A DNA stretch of 64,000 nucleotides from contig MCFH01000080.1 of NCBI GenBank assembly GCA_002104945.1, positions 62,001 through 126,000 on the forward strand, written 5' to 3'. A program made the position numbers and the translations under genes. The notes below the pieces were generated by a model. It saw nothing but the letters and a program-made list of their open reading frames with translations. It did not search any database and was not told where the DNA came from. Below, in pieces: positions 1 through 14,796 of the stretch; position 1 is the first letter of the stretch; every line of letters begins with the position of its first letter. This DNA comes from Piromyces finnis finn (taxonomy: Eukaryota > Fungi > Neocallimastigomycota).

Positions 1-1159
1 TATCATCAATAAATAATGTAAAAGGTTCAATAAAATATTGTATTAATATTTTTTCAAGCATTAAAATAAATATATATCGAATTAATCATTTATTTATTAT
101 GTTGAAAGTATTTCTTTTTTTTTTTTTTTTTATAGTCACAATATCACCACAATACAATACTCAAAAAAATAAATTAAAATTTTAATTTAATAAATGTAAC
201 AAATTTAGTTTATATTTAATATTTAATATATGTAATAATGTATATTGTAAAATTTGTAATATATATATTAATTTTAATACATTTAAACAATGTATTTATT
301 TATTTTTTAATTTATATAAACTTTTTTTTTTTTATTTTATTTTCTTTTTTGAAATTTGAAATTTGAAATTTCTTTTTTCTTTATAATATAAATATATTTA
401 AAATAGTAAAATTATCTAATTTCAATATTATTGTACCAAATAAAAAAACATCATTAATCATTTTAAAAATAAAATTTGATTTAATAATAATTATAAATAA
501 AAAAAAATAATTATAAATAAGAATAAAAAAAAAAAAAAAAAAGAAAGAAAAATTAGAAATTATACCCAATTAATAAACCAATTTATTTAAACGATTTCTA
601 TTATTGCTTTATCCTCTTGAATATACTTTACAAAAGATATTTATTTGCAATATTTATAAATATATATATATAAATAATATATAATATAATTATCGAGAAA
701 TCTAAAAAGAAAAAAAAAAATAATTATTTGTTGATTCAAATAATATCAAAAATTAAATTTCTTGTTAAAAGTTCAATTAAAAAGTGTAAGCATAACTTGA
801 TAATAGATTTTATTTATTTCAATGGATAGGAAAGAGTATACATTAATATATTGTAGTATATAAAATTATAAAATTTAATGATTGTATTATATAATAATAT
901 TATATAAATAATAATAACTAATTTTAAAATCTGTTTAATATGTATAATGAAAAATCCTCATATTAATAACCTTATTTTTTTATTATTATTATTTTTATTT
1001 TTATTTCTTTATTATTATTTGTAAATAAAATTATATATAGAATAGAAATAATTGAAATTTGTTGTAACAAAATAAAAAATATATACATATACCATAAATA
1101 TATATAAATTAAACTTTTAATATTTTGAATAAAATTAAGAAAAAATACACATTTTTAAA

Positions 1160-2060
1160 ATGAAAAGTGGAATAATATTTTTCATATTTTCAATAATTTT
1201 TAGTATCAAGGTATTTTTATATTATGTATATATTATATCAATTAATTCTTAATACATATAAATATACTAATTATTTAATTGTAATGTTGAAAAATAAAAG
1301 ACAGTACAGAGTGTTGATTTTGCTTTTTATTGTAAATGCTATTGTCCTCCAAATAGTACAATTGTAAAGGTAAAAGATTGCTCTGTATGTAATAAAAATC
1401 TATGTATTGAACAAAAATTATGTGTTTTTCAAAATAGTACAACCACCACCGCAACATCAACAAATAATAACATTTCACAAAATAAACCAAGAAGTGTTCA
1501 AGATGACCAATATAGTGAAATTAAATCATCACTTGTAACATATACTGAATATTTATATGCATCATTATTTGGAAGAGTTAAAAGAAACTTTATGATAAAA
1601 GATAATGAAACTATTATGAATAAAGAAAAAAGAAAAGTAGTTCAAGAAGTTGATAAAGAATTAAATAATAATAATAATAATGAGGAAAATGATATAAAAG
1701 AAGATGATAATGAAAATAACAAGAATAATGTAAAAGAAGAGGATAATAATAATGAAGAAGAGAATAAAGAAGATAAAAGTGAAGAGAAGGAAACATCAAA
1801 TACAAATAATACAAGTAGTACTGATGCAAATAAACCTGAAGAAACAGAATCTGTCATTCATATTATTGAATCAGGAACAGATGATGGATATCAAAAAAGT
1901 GAAGAAGAAAATTGGATGACCGAATGTTTTAGTATGTATCGTTTTAATTTTTAATTTCATTCCATAAAATATTATAGTAGTATTAAAATGATAAATAATT
2001 GAAATGTTACCACTATCCTTATTAACTATTAATATTAAAAATAATTATAATAATAATAAC

Positions 2061-2096
<36 letters not shown>

Positions 2097-2261
2097 CATT
2101 TTAAAATAGAGCGAGGATCTATAAAAGATGAAGCTATTATTTTATTATTTTTAGGTTCAACTGGTATATTATTAGTCTATGCTTCAATGAAAAAATGTTT
2201 TGCAAATAACTATGAAGACGGAATGAAATATAATTATACAACATTAAATAATTCCAATTAA
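1160..2261 (+). CDS. Small Cys-rich single-pass membrane protein with signal peptide (conserved fungal uncharacterised family), 3 exons (~1160-1210, 1301-1931, 2110-2261)
   Basis: Exon 1 MKSGIIFFIFSIIFSIK is signal-like and ends at a GT donor at 1211. Exon 2 has YCKCYCPPNSTIV..CSVCNKNLC..C followed by an acidic N/E-rich linker. The GTATGT..TAG intron at 1932-2109 joins ECF to KRGSIKDEAIILLFLGSTGILLVYA (TM). The CKCxC...CF-x-R-x-S-x-KD-TM layout is recalled from fungal hypothetical proteins. Confidence 0.75.
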
Positions 2262-2294
2262 TTTTTTTTTCTCTCTTTTTATTATATTATATTT

Positions 2295-2329
<35 letters not shown>

Positions 2330-2841
2330 TAAATGCTTTATTTTCTTTTTTACAATCATTAATAAGATAATAAAACACACACACACATACAAAAAAAAAA
2401 AAAAATTAACATCATTGTATTTAGATTTTAACATGCATCCATACCATCATTATAAATAATTAGCATTATTCTCTTTAAGTTTTTTTTTTTTTAGACAATT
2501 ATTTTTTTTTATATAATAGATTTTTTTATATACTTTTTAAAATTTAAAAAAAAAAAAAGAATAAAATAACTAAACTTTTATTTTTAAAAAGATCAAATAA
2601 TTTTTTTAATAATAGTATTTGTTTTAATTAATAAGTAACGATTAATTATAATTGATATATAGTTTGTGTATATATTTAGTTTTTCATCCATTTTATTTTA
2701 AATTTCATAAAAATGTTATAAAAAAATCTTTTTTTTTTTTTAGATGTTGATAGGTACGGGTCACTTTATTATAATATTTAAAAAAGAATATTAAATTTTT
2801 AATGTTTATATACATTTTTTTATTTATTTATTTATTTTATT

Positions 2842-2879
<38 letters not shown>

Positions 2880-2999
2880 ATTACAATGTGAGTGCAGTCA
2901 AATAATTTTTGCTTTTTGTTATTTTTATTATTATTTTATAATATTTTGTTTAATTTTATGGTTTATTGTTTATTTTCTTGTTAATTAATTTTTGTTAGT

Positions 3000-5900
3000 T
3001 TATATACCCAAGCTCTTTAAGAAAGCTTCATTGTTTGGTTCTCTGCCTAAGAATTCCTTTAAGAGATCCATAGCATCTCTGGAACCACCATTCTTTAAAA
3101 TAATGTTACGATACTTTTCTCCAATTTCTGGGTTGGTAATACCAATTGGTTTGAATTTTGAGAAGAACATATCAGCAGAGAATACTTCACTCCATAAGTA
3201 ACCATAGTAACCAGAATCATAACCACTCATGATATGATCAAAGGTAGCTATAAATATTATATTTATTTAAAATAATTAATATTTATAAATAATAAAATTA
3301 TTATTATTATTATTAAAGACAATTTATATAAATTCTTGTGTTACAGCATAATAAAATAAAAAAAAAAACTTACTAATTGGCCATGTATCGGCCAAGTTTT
3401 CAATTAATACAATTTCCTTTCTTAAATCATTCCAAATCTTAATAATGTCCAAGTCTTTTTCTTCTTTTTCCATAGTATGAAGCTTCATATCAATAGTACC
3501 AAAGAAGATTTGACGAAGGTTAAGAATAGCAGCATTAACATTCTTGGTCTTAATTAATGATTCAATTAAGTTGCTTGGAAGCTTTTTATCCTTATCTTGG
3601 TAATGATGAGAAAGAGTTTCTAAAACTTCTGGTTCCCAACACCAATTTTCAAGCTATTTAAAATATATATCCAATAAAAATAATTTAATAATTATATTTA
3701 TGTTTTTTTATATAAAATAAATTATGGCTTGAACCGATTTTTATAATTACCATTTGAGATGGAGCTTCAACGAAATCACGTTCAACATTAGTACCATGGA
3801 ATCTTGACCATTTAGTTTTGGAGCAAATTTGATGGAAAACGTGACCTAATTCATGATAATAAGTTGTTACTTCACTATGTTTTAATAAAGATGGCTTGGT
3901 TGCAGTTGGCTTAGAGAAGTTGGCAACCTATTATAATAGGATTTTTATTTAAATTTTTTTTTTTTTTTTATTTATTTATTTGTTTGTTTATTTATTAGTA
4001 TAATAATGAAATTAATAAAATATATTTAAATATAATAACTAATTATTAAATATATGTTTTTCTATTTTTATTTTACCATAGCGGCAACTGGGTAAACATG
4101 ACTACCATCTTCCTTATCGAAACCAGAAGCTAAACCGAAGCAAGCAGCGTGAGTCTATAAATTTATATATAAATTACATATTAAAAAGTTATTATTATTA
4201 TAAACTTTTAAAATTTTTCTTATTAAAATATTTAAATATTTTTAAATGATAAAATATAAAGTAAAATTAAAATGCTTACGTATTTTCCATCACGTGGATG
4301 TAAATCAAGGAAAACCTTTGTTATTAAAAATAAATAAAATTATTAAATTAGTATCACTCATCTTGAAATTATTTATATATTAATGTGAAAAAGTATATAT
4401 ATATATATATTGAATAATTACAGTTCCAATGTATTCGTTAGATTTTTTATCGTAAATTTCTAATTGACGAACATCTGGGTGCCATACAACTGGATTCTTA
4501 ACTTCAACACACTTTAATGAGAAAATCTTTTCATAAATACCAAGCATTTCTTCAGTAACTTCATTAATTGGAAGATATTGTTTAATTTCATCATCCTTAA
4601 TAGCGTATTCCTTTTCAATTAACATTCTATTTATATATAATAAATGGTCAATTTATAAATAAGATAAATATAATATTTAATATAATAAATTATAAAGAAA
4701 AAAAAAACAAGTTTTAAACATTATTAATTAACCATCTTATTGGTATAAATATTTACCTGTTGTAGTAATGGAAATCCCAATCGTGAAGAACACCATCGTA
4801 TGGTTGATTTAATTCTTCCTTTTCTTGTTTTTTTAATTCTAATAACTTTTTAATTTCTTCCTTAGCTAATGGTTGAAGTTTTTCTTTTAAGCTTTGTAAG
4901 AAATCAATAACATTCTTTGGGTTCTTAGCCATTTTAGTTTCAAGTTTAAAGTGACTGTGAGTTGGGTAACCTAATAAATTGGCAATTTTTAATCTTTAAA
5001 AATAAACCGTTAAAATTTTATATCAAATCTATACATGATATATATGATATAAATATTTTTTTTATCTTGCTAATACTGAATAAATAATTAAATTATTATT
5101 ACCTGAGACCAAGAGCTTCCTTTAAACGATCAAGATTTGGCTTACAACGTTGACCATAAGCTAACATCATAGTCTTTCTGGTATTTTCATTCTTAGCTAA
5201 TTTAAGAATTGGGAAATAGGATGGATATTTCATATCAACAATGAAGGCTTCTTCACCATCCTTTGTAGTTTTTTCTAAATTTTCAAAGAAATCTTCGGAA
5301 AGACCATCTAATTCCTTCTTAGTGAAAACACGAGTAGTTTTATCTTTTTTTTTTTTTTTATAAAAAATAATAATAATAATGAAAAATGTTATAAGTATTT
5401 ATAAATTATTAAATTATAATTAGTTTTAAAGATTTTCAAATTTTTTCTATTATTATTAACATTAGTTATAATAAAAAATCCCGATTTTCAATTTCTTTTG
5501 AATATGGAACAATAATAAAATGTTGAAAATAAAGGAAATAAATTAACAATAAATTAATTAAAAATAAAAATAAAAAAAAAAAGTCCTACCTTCAGCAATA
5601 CTACGAGAGAATTCAATACTAATGTTTGTTAATTTCTTTTTAAGTTCCTTTAATTCAGCTAACTTATCATCTGGAAGAGCTAAACCGTTTCTACGGAAAT
5701 CAAGGTCCATTTTTTCTAAAAGTCTTTTATCTTCTGGATCTTCTGGAGCCTTAAACTTTCCACTTTTAATATTTTCAATAACCTTTGCAACCTTTTGATA
5801 AATTTTTTTGTTCATTGAACGTTCAATACCAAATTCTTGGAGTTTTAAGGAGCATTCAGCAGAAGCATCTCTTAAATCCTTATTTGGAGAAACATGTTGG

Positions 5901-6394
5901 AAGAAGTCAATATTAGCTTCAATAACTTCAATTTCATTTTCAGTTTTGCGTCCAAGTGGAGCAATAACGGTTTCAAATGAACATTCATCATCTGGAATTT
6001 CTTCAATTTGTTTATCAAATTGTTTTCCATCTTCAATGAGCTTATCAGTAAGTTTTCTAAGTTCATCTGGGGTATAGTCCCATTTAAGAAGAGCTGGTGC
6101 AGTTGGGTTAGTGATTGTTGAAACCATATTTAATGACTGAGTAGAATTTAAAATATAATTAGATAAAGATAAGAAATTATTGTTAGAGTGGTTTTTAATA
6201 TTGGAATGAATTTTTTTAAAATTTAATGAATGGGTTGAATTCAAGATGGAATATTGATTAGTTTGTTTTATACTAATATTTAAATTGGTTCTAAAATAAT
6301 TATTTAAAAAAATGTTTTTTGTTTTTGTATTTAATAAACTTTTTTTTAATAAACTATTTGATTGATTAATATATTTCTGGCTAATATTTAACAT
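3000..6394 (-). CDS. PRD1: M3A family zinc oligopeptidase (thimet oligopeptidase/saccharolysin-like), multi-exon, with N-terminal organellar presequence-like extension
   Basis: HExxH motif [11 protein letters not shown] (~3830-3865, minus strand), C-terminal [20 protein letters not shown] and [11 protein letters not shown], plus internal LKYP-like (DMKYPSYFP) and WHPDV motifs. Pieces join across GT-AG introns. The symbol is assigned at family/orthologue level only. Confidence 0.92.
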
Positions 6395-6636
6395 TACTAC
6401 TACTACTAAATATAATATATTCTATTCTACTTTAAATATTTTATATAATGATTATGATATAATAAATTAATTTTTTTTATATTATTGAATAAAATATTTT
6501 TTGAAAAAAAATATTATAAATTATTAATTATTGTATTGTGATTTTGAAATAAATAAATAATAGTTATAATAGTTATGATAGTTATAATATTTATAAAAGA
6601 GTGACAACATGAAATATATGTTAGCAATTTTTATAA

Positions 6637-6849
<213 letters not shown>

Positions 6850-7896
6850 GTAAATATTAATTTTGACTAAGATTTTTCGGCATTTTTTATAAAATATATA
6901 AAATCAACAAAATAAAAATATAATAATATAATTATATTTCAAATGATTAATAAATAAATAAATAAAAATTCATTATTTACTTCAAAAAAAATTGAAAGTA
7001 AAAATATAATTACAACGTGTATTGTATTCATTAATAATTTTTTTTTTATTTTATTTATAATTGTTTTATTAACAGTAAATCCAATTAATCAATAAAAGTC
7101 TATATTATATATTATTTTTATAAATATAATAATAGTCTATTAATAATGGTAATACAAATAATATGAATTATGAATTATTCATCTTTGTAAAAAAAAATAA
7201 TTATTTGCGTAGTAAATGTATTTAAAATTATATTTTATAGGGATGATTCATCAAATGAAGTTTTTTTTTTTTCTTTCTTCATCTTCTTTTTATTCTTATT
7301 TTTAACAAATTTACTTCCGTTGATATACATAATAATATTTATAGAGCATTTATAAATAAATAATATTATATGAAATATTACCTTTTTTAACAAAATTTTA
7401 AAAATTACTTTTTCCTTTTAAAAATTGTTAAAGAAAAAAAAATTTTTTTTTTTTTATAATTATATATTGACAGTTAATTTATAATTTTAATTAAATTTTA
7501 TTCTTTATTTAATATAAAAAAAAAAAAAAAAACATTTTTTTTTTATTCATTACTTATTATAGAATAATTTATTATTTATAATATTTATAATTAGGTATAA
7601 TAGGTATACAAGGAACAATAATAATACTAAATCTTAATTATTAAATATTCTACAGAATTATCTATTTATTATATTTATTATCTACTTTTTTTTTTTTTAA
7701 TATTATTTAAAAAGCTTATTAGTGGTGTATCATTTTCTTAATAACTAATCATGTATTATTTTTTATGATGCTATATTGATTTATAATTAAAATAATTGTA
7801 ATTATTTTTTTATTATTATTATTGATTATTATTGATTACAATTCATTTTATTCACTTATTTTTTATCTTTATATATATATAAAAGAATAATTATTT

Positions 7897-9427
7897 TTAA
7901 AAACTAAATTGGGCAATAATTGGCCAATGATCTGTCATTTCTTTTCCTTTTTCTTGACGGATAATATCATATTTAAGACATTTTAATGGAACTAATTCAT
8001 AATTAAGTTCTCTGTTATTCTTTTCTTCTGACTGTAAAATTAATTTTTTATTTAAGGAATTTAAACCGAAAATGTAATCAATACGACCCTTGGCCCATTT
8101 AACAGTAACTAATGAATTCTTAACATCATAAGTATGATCTTTATCATCTTCCATTTGATAATGTTTAGTATAAAAATCAACCATAGGTTCAGTTTCTTCT
8201 CCTAATAATTTTACTAAATGGGATTTATAAAGTTGATGATGAGCTGGAATATTCCAATCACCTACTAATATAACACCAACTTGTGGTAATACTAATTAAC
8301 ACATGGATAAAGATAAATAAAAAAAAGGGAGGGATTTATTCAAGGGAAATAAAATTAGTAAATATTATATATAAATTGATATAGTTTCATTTTTTACAAG
8401 GACGCATCATATTAATGAATAGAGTCCCATACATTCATTTGTGTATTTATAATTTTTAATAGAGGTGTTGATGTGATTACCTTTCTTTTCAGATTCTTCT
8501 ATTTGTTTACTTAAAATATCTGGAATGGTTTGATATAAAGTTTTTTCAATGTATTTACGAGCTTGTTCAAGTTGAATAACCTTATTTTTATTATCAAAAG
8601 CATCCAAATGAGTATTGAATACTACCAAGTATTTAGAAGCTTCATCTTTTTCAGTAGTTTCATTATTATTTTCAGTTTCATCAATAATTTTGGTTTTATT
8701 GTTAAAAAATTCATTCATACAATAAAGGTGACCTCTTATTCCCTTTTGAGAGCGAGTAGCGGATACATTATAAGTTTCTCTATCTGTCCAAATTAATTTA
8801 ATATCTGGTTTTTGAGCATAATATAAACCTCCAGTTTTAGTAACAAAATTTAAGGATACATTATAGGCTGTATTTAAAGCTGGCTTTTTAAAATCTTTAC
8901 GATTATCAAAAAATGTTGAATAGTTTTCTTTCAATTGAGAATTAATTTCGGGCTAAATCGTATATATTTATTTTAAATAATTTTATAAATATATAAATAT
9001 AATAATAATAATAATAATAATAATATTCAAAAATTAGTTAAAAAGATTATTTTTGGAAGAAAATAATTTTTATGAAATTACAGAAATTTCAATATCATAA
9101 TTATATAGTTTCAAACTCTTTTATTTTAAAAAAAGAAATTGAAATGACAATTATCTTTTTTCAAAAATATATATGTATATATATATATATTAAATAGATT
9201 TAAAAATGAAATAATAAAAAAAAAAAAAAAAAGCTATAATACTTTACAATTCCTACACCCCAAACTTCTTGCATCATAATAACATCAGGCTGGTATTTAT
9301 TATAAAATTCAGAAATCTTTAAAGCTCTACCAATTGGATTGGTTTTGAATTTAGTCCAGTAAGAAGGAATTAAATAGGTATTTAAAGTTGAAAGTGTAAA
9401 TTCTTTAACTGAATTAGATAGACTCAT
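7897..9427 (-). CDS. Endonuclease/exonuclease/phosphatase (EEP, DNase I-like fold) protein, 3 exons
   Basis: All EEP catalytic motifs appear in order: TLNTY, PDVIMMQEVW, FNTHL, VILVGDWN, GRIDYIF, TDHWPI. Introns ~9251-8953 and ~8433-8292. Confidence 0.9.
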
Positions 9428-10156
9428 TTTTTTTATTTATTTTCGTGCTATTTATTGGTATTTAAATAATAAAGATAATGGGAAGGTAGATAAAATAATA
9501 ATATTAATTAATTAATTAAAATAAAATTTGATTTATTATATTTTAATTTATTTTAAAAAAAAAATAAAAAATAAAAAATAAAATATATAATTAATTTTTT
9601 TTTTTTTTTTTTACTTTTTCTGTCTATCTCTGTTATTAAAAAAAAATTAATTATGGCTTAACATAACAACGAAAAAAAATTTTTTTTTTTCTAATCTACA
9701 AAAATAAAATAAATAAAAAAAAATTATTTATAAAATAAAATATAAAAAAAAAAAAAAAACATTTTTATAAAGATTTTAAAAATTGAGAGTTAATAATAAT
9801 TTAAATTCTAAATCAATAAATTAAAAAAAAAAAACTTTTTTTTTCTTTAATTTTTATTAATAACTAATGATTTTAATTGTATAATAGAATTATGGTTTAA
9901 AAATAATATATATGATAATGAAATTACATTTTTAATTTTTTTCTTATAAAAAAATATTACAATTTTAAATATGATTAATATTTTTATTTTTACAACAAAC
10001 TATAGAACTATAGTATTAGTGAATTAATAATTGCCCTATAAAAATCATATAAATGATTTTATTTTATTATTATTATTATTATTTTATAAAAAATAGGATA
10101 GGTATGATATGTATTTGGGTATGTGGGTATGTATAAGTATGCATAGTATATATGTA

Positions 10157-10819
10157 TTAGGAATTAACATAATATTGTTGTTCAAATTGTCTCCTTATAT
10201 CCACTACTTTTTCATAAACATGAAAATCAAGACCATCGACACAACGTACAATATTTGCTTTTAATATAATACCATTATTATAAGTTTTTATTATTGTATT
10301 ATGAAATTTATTAGATATATCTGTATTATGATATTCTTTGATTTCACCAATAAATTGTTGAAATGATTTTAATCTTCCAGACCAATTACCTAAATGTTTT
10401 GTATCCACTAACAATTTAGAATGAGATAAAGGATGTTCCAGTAATACAAGATTTTCTCTTAAATTTATATTTATTAATCTATGTTTTTTATTATATACAA
10501 GTTAATATTAAATAATGAAGAAGAAAATTATACATATATATATATATTGTTTTTTTTTATTTATTATTTGTTTGTTAGTTTGTTTCTAATAATGTATATG
10601 ATTATTTTATTTATTTATTTTTACTTTCCTTTTTAAAATTGAAATTTATAAAAAAAAAATTTAAATTTTTAATTTCATAAAAACTTACTTTCCCAATACT
10701 CTAACTGTTTCTCCAATATATTTTTTTGGCTCCTTTTCTAATTCATTTATATGAATTATTTTTCCAAATTTACGATTAATACTATCATTATAATAATTAT
10801 AACTACTGTTGGTATTCAT
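10157..10819 (-). CDS. TEN1: CST telomere-capping complex subunit Ten1 (small OB fold), 2 exons
   Basis: Exon 1 (ATG 10819) ends YIGETVRVLG(K) at a GTAAGT donor. Exon 2 reads LININLRENLVLLEH..LLVDTKHL..QFIGEI..ILKANIVRCVDGLDFHVYEKVVDIRR. This parallels metazoan/fungal Ten1 (LRTFGRL..VLVCTKLV..IVLGEL..VKARVLTCVEGMNL..LEQAIREQR), recalled from memory. Confidence 0.8.
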
Positions 10820-11101
10820 TTTTCTTTTTTTTTTTTTTTCAATATAATTTTTGATTTTATTTTTTTTCTCTAAAAAAAAGAAATTTAAAAAAAAAATAGG
10901 AAAATAGCAATATTAAATAAATGTAGTACAAATGAAAAAAAAAAAATAAAACTTTTTATTATAAAATAAAATTTTAAAATTTTAAATTGAAAAACTTTAT
11001 AAACTATTAAAAAAGAAAATTATTAATTTTTTTAATAATTATTATATAGTTAAATTTGAAAAACATAAAATTTTTATATTAGGTTTATTACTGAAAAGAT
11101 A

Positions 11102-11564
11102 ATGTTTGCCGCTTATCTAGATTACTATTATTCTAAGTCTTTTATTGAAATTCCAGATAAATATGGAAATATAAAATTATATATTTTAAAAAAATATATA
11201 TACCTATGAACAAGCTATGAATAATAATACATATGCAGATTATGATGATAATGTAGGTATTTTTTATTAGACATTAATTAAAAATGAAATGTATTAATAA
11301 ACACTGTGGTTTTTAATGAAGAATCTTCAGTAATACATTGTGATAATAGATGTGAATCCTCTAATTTATTTAAAGGAAAAAATTTATATATACATTATGG
11401 TAAATCATACCATGATAATTGTTCTTCTAAAACGATGTATTAATGGAAAATGGAATAAGCAAAATAAAGGTCCTAGTGATGATAGTGATTCAATGAATTT
11501 TGTACCATAATACTATGGGCTTTGTATTTTACCTTTATTCATAGTAACTCTATTCTGGGTTTAA
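11102..11564 (+). pseudogene. Decayed fragment of a Cys-rich, C-terminally membrane-anchored protein
   Basis: Frame-hopping pieces KCINKHC / NEESSVIHCDNRCESSNLFKGKNLYIHYGKSYHDNCSSK / RCINGKWNKQNKGPSDDSD followed by a hydrophobic tail (YYGLCILPLFIVTLFWV). The pieces are broken by stops and frameshifts, with no splice sites that repair them. They resemble an expanded Cys-rich family in anaerobic fungi (from memory). Confidence 0.45.
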
Positions 11565-11769
11565 AAGCATTATAGAAAGAGAACAAATAAAAAATAATTC
11601 AAAAAAAAAATTTTTTTTTTTTTTAGACTAGGAAGAATATACACTTTTACTTGTATTGATTTATTTAATTTGGGAAATTACATTATATTAGATGATAATA
11701 AATATGGGATATAATAAATAATAAATAAAAATAATAAAATATATATAAATATAAAAAAAAATTAGTAAA

Positions 11770-12215
11770 GTTAAAAGTTCGATGAACTCTGCAATTCGTA
11801 CAGTGTGGGATTGGTCCCTTACCTAATAAATTACATGAAATAAAAAAAAAAAGTAACATCAGGTATAATAGTGTGGTATCCACTAAACTCTCCCATGAGT
11901 TCATAATGTTTTCATTCGAAGAAATACTAACATTGAACCCTGTGTACGGAACATTAGGAATGTTCCTTTGCCATATCAGTACGACGTCGATGCTCTTGAT
12001 TACCGTTAGTTGTCTTACTAAACCTATTAAAAAAGTAGCTTCATTGAGCTACTAATGATAGGAATTATTTTAGTAAGAAAAACTGCGAGAGACTCTCTAC
12101 GCATTGAACATACGACCCCGATGAACTGTAATATTATTACCATTTTTTCTTTCCTTTTTACAAAAGTACTCCTTTTTTCTAGGATAAGAATAGAGTCAAA
12201 AATTAACACACACAT
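11770..12215. ncRNA. Unclassified structured non-coding segment (ncRNA candidate or decayed element)
   Basis: GC-enriched relative to flanks, with no credible ORF. Several perfect or near-perfect hairpins: 11776-11788, 11807-11818, 11948-11966, 12013-12078, 12085-12102. A TATA-like tract lies upstream and T-runs downstream on the + strand. Confidence 0.4.
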
Positions 12216-12519
12216 TCAATTTTTTTTTTTTTTTTTTTTTTAATTATTTTTTATTATTATTATTTTTTTTAAATAGGAATAAATATAATCTATGGTTTTT
12301 TTTTTTTTTTTGTTTTGTTTTGTTTAACATTTTATATAAAATAATACAATAATATTATTTATTGTTATTTTTTTTTAATTAGTTTTGGGAATTAAAAAAA
12401 AAAAACTATTTAATGTTTTTTTTTTTTTTTTATATCAAAATTATATCGTTTATTATCGATAATATTATATAGTTCAAGGATAATTTGATGGATCTTTTTT
12501 TTTGTTGTTATTATTTCAT

Positions 12520-14796
<2,277 letters not shown>

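Noticed and set aside
381-569. Many 60-110 aa F/I/L/K/Y-rich ORFs in intergenic DNA (e.g. 381, 18885, 23722, 31343, 37259, 37912, 38939, 39414, 40550, 45974, 50179, 50305) and antisense shadows of real genes
   Set aside because: Expected by chance in ~85% AT DNA with homopolymer runs; most start at non-ATG codons and show no domain motifs.
11770-12215. Telomerase RNA next to TEN1
   Set aside because: No template matching 1.5 copies of a TTAGGG-type repeat was found on either strand. Proximity to TEN1 is not evidence. Kept only as an unclassified ncRNA candidate.
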